Assembly: GCA_002497345.1 (NCBI GenBank)
Contig: DANS01000018.1
Span: 92,247-156,246 of the forward strand
Source of the DNA: Thermoproteus sp. UBA157
GTDB lineage: Archaea; Thermoproteota; Thermoprotei; Thermoproteales; Thermoproteaceae
Length of the DNA stretch: 64,000 bases
Direction of reading: 5' to 3'
Shown here: positions 46,174 to 54,764 of the stretch, in pieces
How positions within the stretch are numbered: the stretch's first letter is position 1
How the letters are laid out: each line of letters opens with the position of its first letter
The notes under the pieces: generated by a model
Seen by the model: only the letters and a program-made list of their open reading frames with translations
Told to the model about the DNA's origin: nothing
The model's database searches: none
Translations under genes and position numbers: made by a program

Positions 46174-47090
46174 ATCCTCAACACCCTGTCCAACGTATTA
46201 GGGTGGGTTTTAACTAAGAACTTGAGTCTAGAATAGGCCGGGTATAATACCTCTTCGACGACTTCGTTCCAGCCGACTTTCAATAGGCCCGTGGCCAACG
46301 ATTTCGATTTCGCGTATTTGTCGGCTTCATATTCATATAGCCTGATAAGCGATGTGTACATCAACGATGCTCCCATTAGATGTACTCCGAGTAAATATAA
46401 TGATATATTAGAATATATATAATGAATTAAATAAGATCTCAATATAAATTCACTTGTCAGAAAGATCAAAATTTTATACATATGATGAAACTTCAGATGC
46501 CCTTCTTCGTGTTTGAGGGCCGCCTCGAGCTCCTCCGGAGTTAACTTAGCGAGGAGGCCGGTGGTCACCACGACCAAGTTTCCGAACGGCGATTCGAAGG
46601 ACAGAGCGTTCGCCACGCGATCTTTGACGACGCATAAGCCCCTTGCGGGGACGTGGTATAGCTCGTACTCTCCGAGCATGGACGGATCCTCCAAAACCTT
46701 TTTCTTATTTTCTCTTAAAAATTCTATATCATTATATTTTGTTTTTATTATAGTTATAAAATCGATTTTTATACATTTTCTTTTAATAAAAAAATATATT
46801 AGAATATAACTCCCGACTATAGCTGACAAACCTGCCGCTATCTGTAATATCAACGTATGCGCGAGGAGGGCCGCGGGCACGCTCAGAACGAAGGGGAGGA
46901 GCATTAACGCGTTGCTTATTCTGATCTCGGGCGGCTCCACCAGTTTGCCGGAGCTCCATGCGCCTATTATCGCCACGTTATAGTCGCTATTAGCGATGAG
47001 CTCTCTAAGCCGCAATAAGTAGGAAGCTCTATCCTTCAAGCTCTTCAGCCTCCTTGGATCCAAGAGATCGAGGGACGCCCCTACCTCCAC
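46152..47090 (-). CDS. M48/HtpX-like membrane zinc metalloprotease
   Basis: ANALS, VVTTGLL.KL..EELEAAL.HEEGH, EYEAD and THPNTLDRV motifs; TM segments. Confidence 0.88.
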   Translation of the reverse strand: MEVGASLDLLDPRRLKSLKDRASYLLRLRELIANSDYNVAIIGAWSSGKLVEPPEIRISNALMLLPFVLSVPAALLAHTLILQIAAGLSAIVGSYILIYFFIKRKCIKIDFITIIKTKYNDIEFLRENKKKVLEDPSMLGEYELYHVPARGLCVVKDRVANALSFESPFGNLVVVTTGLLAKLTPEELEAALKHEEGHLKFHHMYKILIFLTSEFILRSYLIHYIYSNISLYLLGVHLMGASLMYTSLIRLYEYEADKYAKSKSLATGLLKVGWNEVVEEVLYPAYSRLKFLVKTHPNTLDRVLRIWTSSGT

Positions 47091-47121
47091 GAAAAGAGGA
47101 CCAATGCGTAATAAATCCGCT

Positions 47122-47484
47122 TTATTGAATCTTCTCCGACTCCAAGATCTCCAAGATCTTATCTGTCTCGTACTTCTCGAGCAGATCCCAGAGCTTGCCG
47201 GAGCGGTAGAGGCCGTAGACTTTGCCTCTGGCGCTTCGTTTTATCACAGCTATGTAACCTCTATGCACCAATTCGTCGAGGAAACCCCGAATAACAACCG
47301 TCTTAGCGCGAAGGTCCTTTCTGCCGTAGATGCTGAGATCTTGCGCTATTTTCGATGGCCTAAATGTTATCAAATTCCCCTTAGCATTTCTCGCTTGATC
47401 TTGCAAAAATTGGATCGTAATTCTTTTAATAAAATATGAATCGAACTTCTCCGAATATTTGTAAATCGTACGAAAGCCTTCCAT
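47122..47484 (-). CDS. Winged-helix DNA-binding protein
   Basis: TFRPSKIAQDL...FLDELVHRGYI.VIKRSARGKVY wHTH pattern; basic. Confidence 0.7.
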   Translation of the reverse strand: MEGFRTIYKYSEKFDSYFIKRITIQFLQDQARNAKGNLITFRPSKIAQDLSIYGRKDLRAKTVVIRGFLDELVHRGYIAVIKRSARGKVYGLYRSGKLWDLLEKYETDKILEILESEKIQ

Positions 47485-47503
47485 ATAGGATAAGACAGGC
47501 CCA

Positions 47504-47722
47504 TTATTTATATATTTCTTTTCTATTCTTCCTACATATATTTTCTATATATATAATCTTTTCTTGTAAAATATATAGAATTTTTTCAATATAAGTTAGC
47601 TTATAATTAAGATATTTTAAATAGATAGAACAAGGCTCTAGTTCATCTATCTCTACGCCAATGAGCTTCAGCGCGGATACTACTTTTTTCAATGTTTCTT
47701 CGAAATCTTTGCTCTGCGCCAT
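47504..47722 (-). CDS. Hypothetical protein, 72 aa, with AT-rich coiled-coil-like C-terminal half
   Basis: ATG 1 nt after the ATPase stop; the frame stays open through very AT-rich DNA. Confidence 0.55.
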   Translation of the reverse strand: MAQSKDFEETLKKVVSALKLIGVEIDELEPCSIYLKYLNYKLTYIEKILYILQEKIIYIENICRKNRKEIYK

Positions 47723-47723
47723 A

Positions 47724-48623
47724 TTATAGAAACTTATATATTTTTATAATTTTATCATTAATAATAATTGATTTATATTTTACTTCTAAATTGAATGATA
47801 TATGAGGTTTAACTATAATAATATTAGTATGTGAGAGGATGTCGTTGGGCGGCAGAACGTTCGTGACGAGCACGCATCGTATTCCGTATTTTGCCATTTC
47901 GGTAATTATATGTTTTATTACACTTAGATTCAATAAATTTTGTGCTTCATCTATTATCATTAGAAGTTTTATATCTTTTGTAATTTCTTTTTTTCTAAAT
48001 AAATTATATATATATGTTAAAATCATAGATGAAACAAGTATTTTCTCTTCTACTAATGAAAGATTCGATAAATCTATCGTCAAATCCCTTTTGGACCCGA
48101 TCAGTACCTCCAGAGGTATATCGCCCTCGCTTAGGGCATCGGCTATGTATTCAAGCCTGCGCAATATCGCCGCCTTCATTTCGGTCTCGCTTCTGGTCGT
48201 CGTCAAGTACGCGTCGATGCCTCTTATTAAATCCTCTAGGCGCTCTATTTTTTGATCTTTGAGCGATCTATACATAAAATAAATAGATGGTTCATTTAAA
48301 TTAAGAGATAAACCTATTAATTCTACCAAAATTTTTTTATTTATATTTGAAATATCAACCTTTATCCTAGAAGCCGGCACCTTGAGGCCTATCTCGTACT
48401 CGCCGTTCCAATCCAGGACCAGCACCTTCTTCCTGCTTCTCTTGGCTATTTTTCGCGCCAATGTGGTTTTGCCGGATCTCGTGGGGCCCAATATAGTTAT
48501 ATGTTTGTCCAGAGGTACGCCGGACAGCCCGTTGGAGCCTATGCCCACGAACACCTCGTCGTCCTTGTATACATACGCGAAAACTGTGAGCGAGAGGAGC
48601 GCCAGCAATATTAAGTCGATCAT
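47724..48623 (-). CDS. Short HerA/VirB4/FtsK-like ATPase with N-terminal membrane anchor
   Basis: MIDLILLALLSLTVFAYVY TM helix; HITILGPTRSGKTT, LDWNGEY, IIDEAQ and EMAKYGI motifs. ATG at 48623 overlaps the helicase stop. Confidence 0.85.
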   Translation of the reverse strand: MIDLILLALLSLTVFAYVYKDDEVFVGIGSNGLSGVPLDKHITILGPTRSGKTTLARKIAKRSRKKVLVLDWNGEYEIGLKVPASRIKVDISNINKKILVELIGLSLNLNEPSIYFMYRSLKDQKIERLEDLIRGIDAYLTTTRSETEMKAAILRRLEYIADALSEGDIPLEVLIGSKRDLTIDLSNLSLVEEKILVSSMILTYIYNLFRKKEITKDIKLLMIIDEAQNLLNLSVIKHIITEMAKYGIRCVLVTNVLPPNDILSHTNIIIVKPHISFNLEVKYKSIIINDKIIKIYKFL

Positions 48624-49852
48624 CTCCGAGGCGTTTCCCTCAACACGGCCAACTTGTTGAACCACATAGGCATAGCCCACTTGTATTTCCAGAATCTATC
48701 GTCGATAGCGGCTATGTATTTCTCCCTCTTGTCCAAATCGCGCATAGCTCTGCCCATGGCCTGCACGGCGTTGCTCACCGCCGCGAATAGAAAGACGTAT
48801 TTAAAGCCGTTGAAGCCGAACTGTTGCAGCAATCGGGCCTTGGCCGCCAACCACCTATCCTTGATGTCGGGCAGAGGGAATCCGACCAACACGGCGGCAT
48901 CTACGTCTAAGTTAAGTCCCTCAGCCAAGGCGCTACCGAAATAGGTCAACGCGACGTGAGGGATATCTCCCAACGGCTTGTCGGATATCGGTATGTCTTT
49001 TAGTTTTAATTTATAGTATTCATATATCTCTTTATTTGGAAAGAAAACAATAATTTTATTATAATTATGAAAAATATTCATAATTATATCTTTTATATGT
49101 TCATATATATACTTTTTCTTCCTATTGACATAGCGTATTTTGATAGGATATATATCTATTATTAAATTATCAAAAAATGTATTATCTTTATTTACATATT
49201 TTAAGCTTAAAAAATTAGTGAATATATCGGAGAACGGCTTGGTTATCGAGGCACTGGCCATCAGCACGTCCTTATCGCTCAACAGTTTGCCCACTATAGG
49301 CATTAACAGACAGCGCCGCGTTTCCTTATCGCATATGGAGCCGGACGGAGGCTCGTCTTCGACTTGCAGATCGTGTAGCAGCAAGTTATGTGCCTCGTCT
49401 ATGATGACGAGCTCAGAATCGTGAATTACATCCAATATCGACGACAAGTACTCCTGGCTTTCTAGATAGGACAGAGGGAGCACGGCGACTCGGCTCTGCC
49501 GGCCTACGGCTTGTAGGTATTCATAGGGGCAGACGCCGGCCTCATATATGTCTTCGATTTTGACGAACTTCTTGTCCAAATACTTATACCTAGCCTTACA
49601 CACGCCTCTCTCGCGCAACTCCATGCACTCGGCCGAGGTCCTCGCGCCGAATTTACACAGAGCAGATCTGCCGAACATCAAAGCGGCGGTGCCGCCGTAT
49701 GAGACGACGTAAGTGTAGACCTGAAAGGCCTCCATGTGCGAGCGCACGAAGAACGAGACCCTCCCCCCCAGCTCCACCGCGATTTTGGCGAGCCTCTTGC
49801 TTTTGCCGTAGCCGGGCGGCGCTTGGAGCAGTACTCTCACACGGTATTGCAC
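48620..49852 (-). CDS. XPD/Rad3/DinG-family helicase, compact variant
   Basis: APPGYGKS; four Fe-S-type Cys (LC...EC...VC...VCPY); IIDEAHNL; SAS; AEGLN; VGFPLP; QAMGRAMR; IDDRF. Confidence 0.85.
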   Translation of the reverse strand: MQYRVRVLLQAPPGYGKSKRLAKIAVELGGRVSFFVRSHMEAFQVYTYVVSYGGTAALMFGRSALCKFGARTSAECMELRERGVCKARYKYLDKKFVKIEDIYEAGVCPYEYLQAVGRQSRVAVLPLSYLESQEYLSSILDVIHDSELVIIDEAHNLLLHDLQVEDEPPSGSICDKETRRCLLMPIVGKLLSDKDVLMASASITKPFSDIFTNFLSLKYVNKDNTFFDNLIIDIYPIKIRYVNRKKKYIYEHIKDIIMNIFHNYNKIIVFFPNKEIYEYYKLKLKDIPISDKPLGDIPHVALTYFGSALAEGLNLDVDAAVLVGFPLPDIKDRWLAAKARLLQQFGFNGFKYVFLFAAVSNAVQAMGRAMRDLDKREKYIAAIDDRFWKYKWAMPMWFNKLAVLRETPRR

Positions 49853-49865
49853 CTCTTAAAAGCTG

Positions 49866-50216
49866 CTAAGCTCTCTCAACCTCGTCCAACAACCGCCTTA
49901 TAACTCCGCCGAGTTTGCTCTCGGCTATTTCCTCGAGCTCCAAACAATTTCTGAGTATATTGGAGAAGAACGCCTTGGCTACTTCGCGATCCCTCTCCTT
50001 GAGCTGATGGAACTTCTCCACGAATTCGCCGGTCAAGACCTGCTCTGCCTTGTTGAGGTCCTCAGCCATCACGTGCTCCAAATCCCTCAACTCCTCCACG
50101 ACGTCGTCTAGGAAGTTCACGAACTCGGCCGGCTTGTTGGACAAATCCACGTTCACGTAAGCTCTGTTGACGCAATATCTCACAAACCTATATCGCAACG
50201 TCTTGAGGGGATCCAT
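49866..50216 (-). CDS. Hypothetical helical protein, 116 aa
   Basis: Start overlaps the rpl31e stop by 1 nt. Confidence 0.7.
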   Translation of the reverse strand: MDPLKTLRYRFVRYCVNRAYVNVDLSNKPAEFVNFLDDVVEELRDLEHVMAEDLNKAEQVLTGEFVEKFHQLKERDREVAKAFFSNILRNCLELEEIAESKLGGVIRRLLDEVERA

Positions 50217-50491
50217 TACTGTTTAAGCTTTACAAAAACAGTGCCGTCTTGTCTCTTCTCGACCACCACGTCGATGTACCGCGGCGGCTTCTCGATGCTT
50301 CTGGACCACACGGCCATGTTTACGGCGGGATCTATCTTGACCTTCTTCAAATCGGTTTTCATATGTCTCGACACAAATTCTCTGATCAAGTTTATAGCTC
50401 TTTTAGCCCTTCTAGTGCGGGCCGCCCAATACGCCCTCTTTAGGCTTATTCTGTATTCCCTCGTGGCGACGACCTTGGCCTCCTCCGACAT
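50216..50491 (-). CDS. rpl31e: 50S ribosomal protein L31e
   Basis: [18 protein letters not shown] and [13 protein letters not shown] motifs. Confidence 0.96.
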   Translation of the reverse strand: MSEEAKVVATREYRISLKRAYWAARTRRAKRAINLIREFVSRHMKTDLKKVKIDPAVNMAVWSRSIEKPPRYIDVVVEKRQDGTVFVKLKQ

Positions 50492-50514
50492 GGCCGTTGG
50501 TCGGAAGGGCCTAT

Positions 50515-50670
50515 TTAAGCCTTGAGCTTGACCCTCCTCCAGTAGCGCCTAGCGGGCGATCTCGTCACTCTGTTCTTGGTCTTGAGCCTCACCCACACGG
50601 GGGGGTCTCTGTTGGAGTTCAACGCAGCGGCCAGCCTAAGCTTCCTGCCTAAAGCCTTATTCCTCGCCAT
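50515..50670 (-). CDS. rpl39e: 50S ribosomal protein L39e (missing from the supplied ORF track, 51 aa)
   Basis: Own translation: [51 protein letters not shown]; canonical position before rpl31e. Confidence 0.96.
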   Translation of the reverse strand: MARNKALGRKLRLAAALNSNRDPPVWVRLKTKNRVTRSPARRYWRRVKLKA

Positions 50671-50708
50671 GTCGTGCGGAGGCGCGGCGCCTTTTAAACT
50701 TTGTCCTC

Positions 50709-51041
50709 CTAGAAGCGGAATCTATATTCCTTTCTGCTCTTCTCGTATATTTGTGCCAGGATCTGTTTTAGGTCCTCATCGGAGATGGGCAACTTTATTC
50801 GCCCGCTGGCAGCGAGCGCCAAGAGTTGTTGCTCCAGCGCCTCGACGAGCTCGGGCCTCACTATTCGCAAGTTGTCCAGCCTAGCCAGCGCCTCGGGAGT
50901 TAATATGCGCTTAAGCGCCAGCCTCCTTTGGGCGGCCAACTCCTGAGCTCTGCGGCGCTCCTCGGCCTCGCGTTGAAGCTCCCTAAGCTTTTTCTCGCGT
51001 AGCCTCTCTAGCTCCTCGTCGTTGCCCTCCTCGGCAGCCAT
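50709..51041 (-). CDS. PDCD5/TFAR19 family DNA-binding protein
   Basis: [19 protein letters not shown]...[10 protein letters not shown]; follows rps19e. Confidence 0.92.
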   Translation of the reverse strand: MAAEEGNDEELERLREKKLRELQREAEERRRAQELAAQRRLALKRILTPEALARLDNLRIVRPELVEALEQQLLALAASGRIKLPISDEDLKQILAQIYEKSRKEYRFRF

Positions 51042-51523
51042 TACTCCTTGGGCGGCGCTATGTATTTAGCGAGCTCCGGCCTGGCCTTGGCCAAATCCCT
51101 AGCTATCTTGGTCGCTATTTTATCGACCAGTGATCTGCCCTCGGGCGTCAAGACTCTGCCCCTCTTAGTCTTGGCGACTAGGCCAGCTTGCTCCAGTTGG
51201 TGAAAGATCTTCCTAAGAATGGCCCCGCCCGCCTTTCGGGTCCTCTCGCTCCTCATCCCTTGTCCTATCTTGGCCCTGTATCCATAATACGTACGAAGCC
51301 GCGAAAGGCCAACGGGGCCGTCCAGGTAGAGCCTCCTCAGAACGGAAGCGGCCCTTATGTACCACCAGTCCTCGTCCATGGGCGGTCTGTCCTTGTTGGC
51401 GCCGGTCTTAACATATATAGCCCATACAGGCGGCCTGACTTGGGCGGTATTGGCCTTGAGGTAGCTGGCTAACTCCTTTATCAGCAGATCCGCGGGGACG
51501 TCCTTGACCGAGACCACGTCCAT
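51041..51523 (-). CDS. rps19e: 30S ribosomal protein S19e
   Basis: [25 protein letters not shown] and QLEQAGLV motifs. Confidence 0.96.
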   Translation of the reverse strand: MDVVSVKDVPADLLIKELASYLKANTAQVRPPVWAIYVKTGANKDRPPMDEDWWYIRAASVLRRLYLDGPVGLSRLRTYYGYRAKIGQGMRSERTRKAGGAILRKIFHQLEQAGLVAKTKRGRVLTPEGRSLVDKIATKIARDLAKARPELAKYIAPPKE

Positions 51524-51594
51524 GCCCTTAAGCCCCCCATTAAAAGCTTTCCGCCCACGAAAAGGCTTTTATAGCGAGTTCCCGTAGCAGGGCC

Positions 51595-51924
51595 ATGCGG
51601 TTCTGCCCGCGAGATGGCTCCTTGCTCGTGCCGGTCAAGAGGGGAGGACAAACCGTGCTCAGATGTCCCAAATGCGGCTATGAGGAGCCCATAAACGAGG
51701 CCGCGAAGAACGCCTATAAGTCCAAGTCCGTGGTCGAGAAGAAAAACGAGATATTGGTGGCGGACGCCATCGTTGAGACGTTGCCCAAGGCTAAGGTCAT
51801 GTGTCCCAAGTGCGGCAACGACGAGGCGTATGTGTGGATGCAGCAGACCAGGGCCGCCGATGAGCCCCCCACTCGGTTCTATCGCTGTACTAGGTGCGGG
51901 TACACTTGGAGGGAGTACGCTTGA
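51595..51924 (+). CDS. tfs: Transcription factor S
   Basis: Two zinc ribbons; QTRAADEPPTRFYRC acidic hairpin. Confidence 0.95.
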   Translation: MRFCPRDGSLLVPVKRGGQTVLRCPKCGYEEPINEAAKNAYKSKSVVEKKNEILVADAIVETLPKAKVMCPKCGNDEAYVWMQQTRAADEPPTRFYRCTRCGYTWREYA

Positions 51925-51970
51925 TCGTATTACGATCGAAAGCTTATATTTGAAGGCGCTTGGTGAGGGT

Positions 51971-52723
51971 ATGGCCAAATACGTAGTGACCTATACAGAT
52001 GCAAAGGAGTGGTCCTACATCCTCGACTCGATAGCGGTCTTGGTCGAGGAGGCCGGTTTCGTCCTCAGACAAGACGGACTCGCGCTGAGATCCTTAGACC
52101 CATCGAGGACGGCCATGGTGGACCTCTTCATACCTAAGGAGGCCTTCGAGGAATACCCTGAGCTGGAATCGGAGATCAAGATGGGCATAAACTTCAAGGA
52201 CTTCAAGAAGTTGCTGAGACGTCTCAAAAAGGGCGATAAGATATCGTTGGAGATAGAGGAGTCGAAGCTGAGGGTGAAGCTCATCGGGAAATCGACGCGC
52301 TCGATCACTTTGCCCCTCTTGGAGACGGCGGTGGAGGACCTCCCCACTCCGAAGGTGGTCTACACGGCGACCGTCAAGACGGCCAGCGACGTGTTGAGCC
52401 AAGCGCTCAAAGACGCCGATGCAGTAGCCGACTCGGTCAAGTTCGACGTAGATGAGGAGGCCTTGTACATAAGGGCGTCCAGCGATAAGGGCGAGCTCGA
52501 GGTGAAATTGGACAAAGGCGGAGAGCTCGTCTACGAGTTCGACGTAAAGGAGCCCGCAAGTGCCACGTTCTCCTTGGAGTATCTGGTGGATATATCCGGT
52601 AAGGCCTCGAAGGTCAGCGATATAGTGACCATAGAGCTGGCGACGGCGAAGCCCATATCGCTCACCTTCGACATACCTGCCGGAGGAAAACTGACATATT
52701 TTGTGGCGCCGCACGTCGAATAA
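51971..52723 (+). CDS. pcn: DNA polymerase sliding clamp PCNA
   Basis: SLDPSRTAMVDL, FSLEYL and YFVAP motifs. ATG at 51971 follows the Shine-Dalgarno-like GGTGAGG. Confidence 0.95.
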   Translation: MAKYVVTYTDAKEWSYILDSIAVLVEEAGFVLRQDGLALRSLDPSRTAMVDLFIPKEAFEEYPELESEIKMGINFKDFKKLLRRLKKGDKISLEIEESKLRVKLIGKSTRSITLPLLETAVEDLPTPKVVYTATVKTASDVLSQALKDADAVADSVKFDVDEEALYIRASSDKGELEVKLDKGGELVYEFDVKEPASATFSLEYLVDISGKASKVSDIVTIELATAKPISLTFDIPAGGKLTYFVAPHVE

Positions 52724-52815
52724 CCTCGCAGAACAAGAACGGCGTCTTGCGCCTCGTTTCTCAAAGATATCGTTAAACGCGCTCCAGCTTCTTAAATCCC
52801 CGAGGCGGTAATGCG

Positions 52816-53748
52816 GTGGCCTCGAGGCTCATAGAGGCGTTGTTCAGGAATTATTACAGGAGGGCGCAGCCGGACATCCCGGAGATAGAGAAGAGGGAGA
52901 TCGGGCTCTTAACGCTTGACGGGGTAATGGTCAGACACAAGTCGTTCAAATCGCTCGACGATCTGAAGTCGCTCCTCGTCGATAAGCCCCCGCTGGGTCT
53001 TTACTATTCCGTAGCGCTCTACGAGAGGCCTGACGAGAGGGACATGGAGGCTAAAGGGTGGCAAGGAGCCGATCTCGTTTTCGACATAGACGGAGACCAC
53101 TTGGATACGCCGAATTGCAGGGGCATGGAGTTGTTGAACTTGAAATGTCTTGAAGATGCCAAGGAGGAGGCCTTGAAGTTGTTGGAGGCGTTGAGGAACG
53201 AGCTAGGCCTAGAGGGGGTGCCGGTATACTCCGGCCATAGGGGGTTCCACGTACACGTGCGCTCCGACGAGGTGAGGAAGCTGGGCGCGGCCGAGCGCAG
53301 GAGGCTTGTGGACTTCCTGGTGGCCAGGAACTTGGATTTGACGAAATTCGAAGTTCGTTTGGGCAGGAAATTAATTAAGCTCTATCTCGAGGAGCCTCTG
53401 GGGAGTCTCGCTAGAATAATGCGCGGGCTAGACGACGGGAGCTACGCCGTTAAGATAGACGAGGTCGTCACCGCGGATATCCACAGGCTCATCAGAGCGC
53501 CGGGATCCCTCAACAACAAGAGCGGGTTAATAGCGCTTCCGTTATCCCACTCCGATTTGGACAAAAGCGCTGAGGACATACTGGAGAGGGCAATTGCGTT
53601 TAAGAAGGGCCAAGCCCTCGTCGAGCTCGAGGAGCCCGTCGAGGAGGTCTTGGGCGTGAAGATAGGAAGAAAGGAGGCCGTGTTGCCGCTCTATATAGCT
53701 ATATATCTACAACTTCAAGGCAAGGCCCACATACGGGAAGAGAAATAA
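52816..53748 (+). CDS. priS: DNA primase small subunit
   Basis: KREIG, YYSVALY, LVFDIDGD, YSGHRGFHV and IDEVVT.DIHRLIR.PGSL motifs. Confidence 0.95.
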   Translation: MASRLIEALFRNYYRRAQPDIPEIEKREIGLLTLDGVMVRHKSFKSLDDLKSLLVDKPPLGLYYSVALYERPDERDMEAKGWQGADLVFDIDGDHLDTPNCRGMELLNLKCLEDAKEEALKLLEALRNELGLEGVPVYSGHRGFHVHVRSDEVRKLGAAERRRLVDFLVARNLDLTKFEVRLGRKLIKLYLEEPLGSLARIMRGLDDGSYAVKIDEVVTADIHRLIRAPGSLNNKSGLIALPLSHSDLDKSAEDILERAIAFKKGQALVELEEPVEEVLGVKIGRKEAVLPLYIAIYLQLQGKAHIREEK

Positions 53749-53768
53749 AGCGGAGAACCCTAGAACTC

Positions 53769-54242
53769 ATGTTGAGTAAGATCTACGCTTGGCTTTCGGC
53801 GGAGATGGGCTCCAAACTGTTGGCGAAGCCGCCAGCCACGTCGTATGCCGAAATAGCGAGCGAGTTGAGCGAAGAGCTGAGGAGGGCCGCCTTGCCTCCT
53901 GCCCTCGAGGAGGGCGTACGGATCCAGCTCGCTAGGGCCCTCGCCTCGATAATCGAGATCAGGACGAGGAAAATCGTCGCGGAGATATATCAAGGCAGAG
54001 AGCCCCGCGATCTAACCGCCGAGGAGGAGAGGCTTTTGGGCGCCTTGAGGAGAGTGCTCGAGCCCACGAGGACGTCGGGCAGATACGAGATAGTGGTCTT
54101 CTTGGACTGGCTCCCGGTCATATCCACGTCCGATTTCAAACAAATAGGGCCGTTCAACAAAGGCGATTTGGCCAAAATACCCGTGGAGGACGCCAGGGAG
54201 CTGGAGGCCAGGGGCAAAGTGAGGAGATTCAAGCTTCTTTGA
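53769..54242 (+). CDS. GINS complex subunit (Gins15/Gins51 type)
   Basis: IRTRKI and C-terminal B domain IGPFNKGDLAKIP..DA..L..RG; follows priS. Confidence 0.8.
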   Translation: MLSKIYAWLSAEMGSKLLAKPPATSYAEIASELSEELRRAALPPALEEGVRIQLARALASIIEIRTRKIVAEIYQGREPRDLTAEEERLLGALRRVLEPTRTSGRYEIVVFLDWLPVISTSDFKQIGPFNKGDLAKIPVEDARELEARGKVRRFKLL

Positions 54243-54245
54243 CCT

Positions 54246-54449
54246 CTAATCCAGAACCCTTATAATGTTTCCGAGTATCTGGGCGCCTCCTCCCGTGGGT
54301 TGTGCCAGTACTCTGCCGCAAACTAAACACCTAACCACCATAGCGGCGTGGCTGAATATCACTTGTTCGTTGCCGCAGTCGGGGCATCTAACCCTGAGGA
54401 ACTTGGTCCGCGGCTGAGGTATTAGAACTCTGGAGAACCTCGGCGGCAT
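54246..54449 (-). CDS. rps27e: 30S ribosomal protein S27e
   Basis: [19 protein letters not shown]...CLVCG...PTGG. Confidence 0.96.
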   Translation of the reverse strand: MPPRFSRVLIPQPRTKFLRVRCPDCGNEQVIFSHAAMVVRCLVCGRVLAQPTGGGAQILGNIIRVLD

Positions 54450-54450
54450 A

Positions 54451-54726
54451 TTAGACCAACTCTATTCTCTTCATCCTCCCCAAGCTTTTGTGCAGCTTAT
54501 ACCCGCACTTCGTACACGTCAACACCAGCGCTATTTTCTTGTTGACCTTGGCGAACCTCTTCTGCTTGGGCTTAGGCGAGGAGCCATAGCCCTTGAGCTT
54601 TCTATTGTACCTTCTCTGTCCTTCGGCGAGCTCCCGCCTTTTCCCCTGATGATATATCGACACCGTGTGCTCCGTATACGCGTTGCACCTAGGGCAATAC
54701 GCGTTGACCCTCTTGGGAAAACGCAT
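54451..54726 (-). CDS. rpl44e: 50S ribosomal protein L44e
   Basis: YCPRC..YTEH, GQRRY.RK..GYG and CTKCG motifs. Confidence 0.96.
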   Translation of the reverse strand: MRFPKRVNAYCPRCNAYTEHTVSIYHQGKRRELAEGQRRYNRKLKGYGSSPKPKQKRFAKVNKKIALVLTCTKCGYKLHKSLGRMKRIELV

Positions 54727-54764
54727 AGCCCGCCCTACTGGTGGTCTTAAAAAACATTGCTCCC

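Noticed and set aside
46385-49225. Horizontally acquired low-GC island
   Set aside because: GC flips between ~12% and ~60% within single ORFs, the genes are tightly joined to a ribosomal operon, and no integrase, tRNA or flanking repeats were seen.
45132-50216. Crenactin/arcadin (arcade) cytoskeleton operon
   Set aside because: No actin-fold phosphate-loop motifs and no long SMC-like coiled-coil protein among these ORFs.
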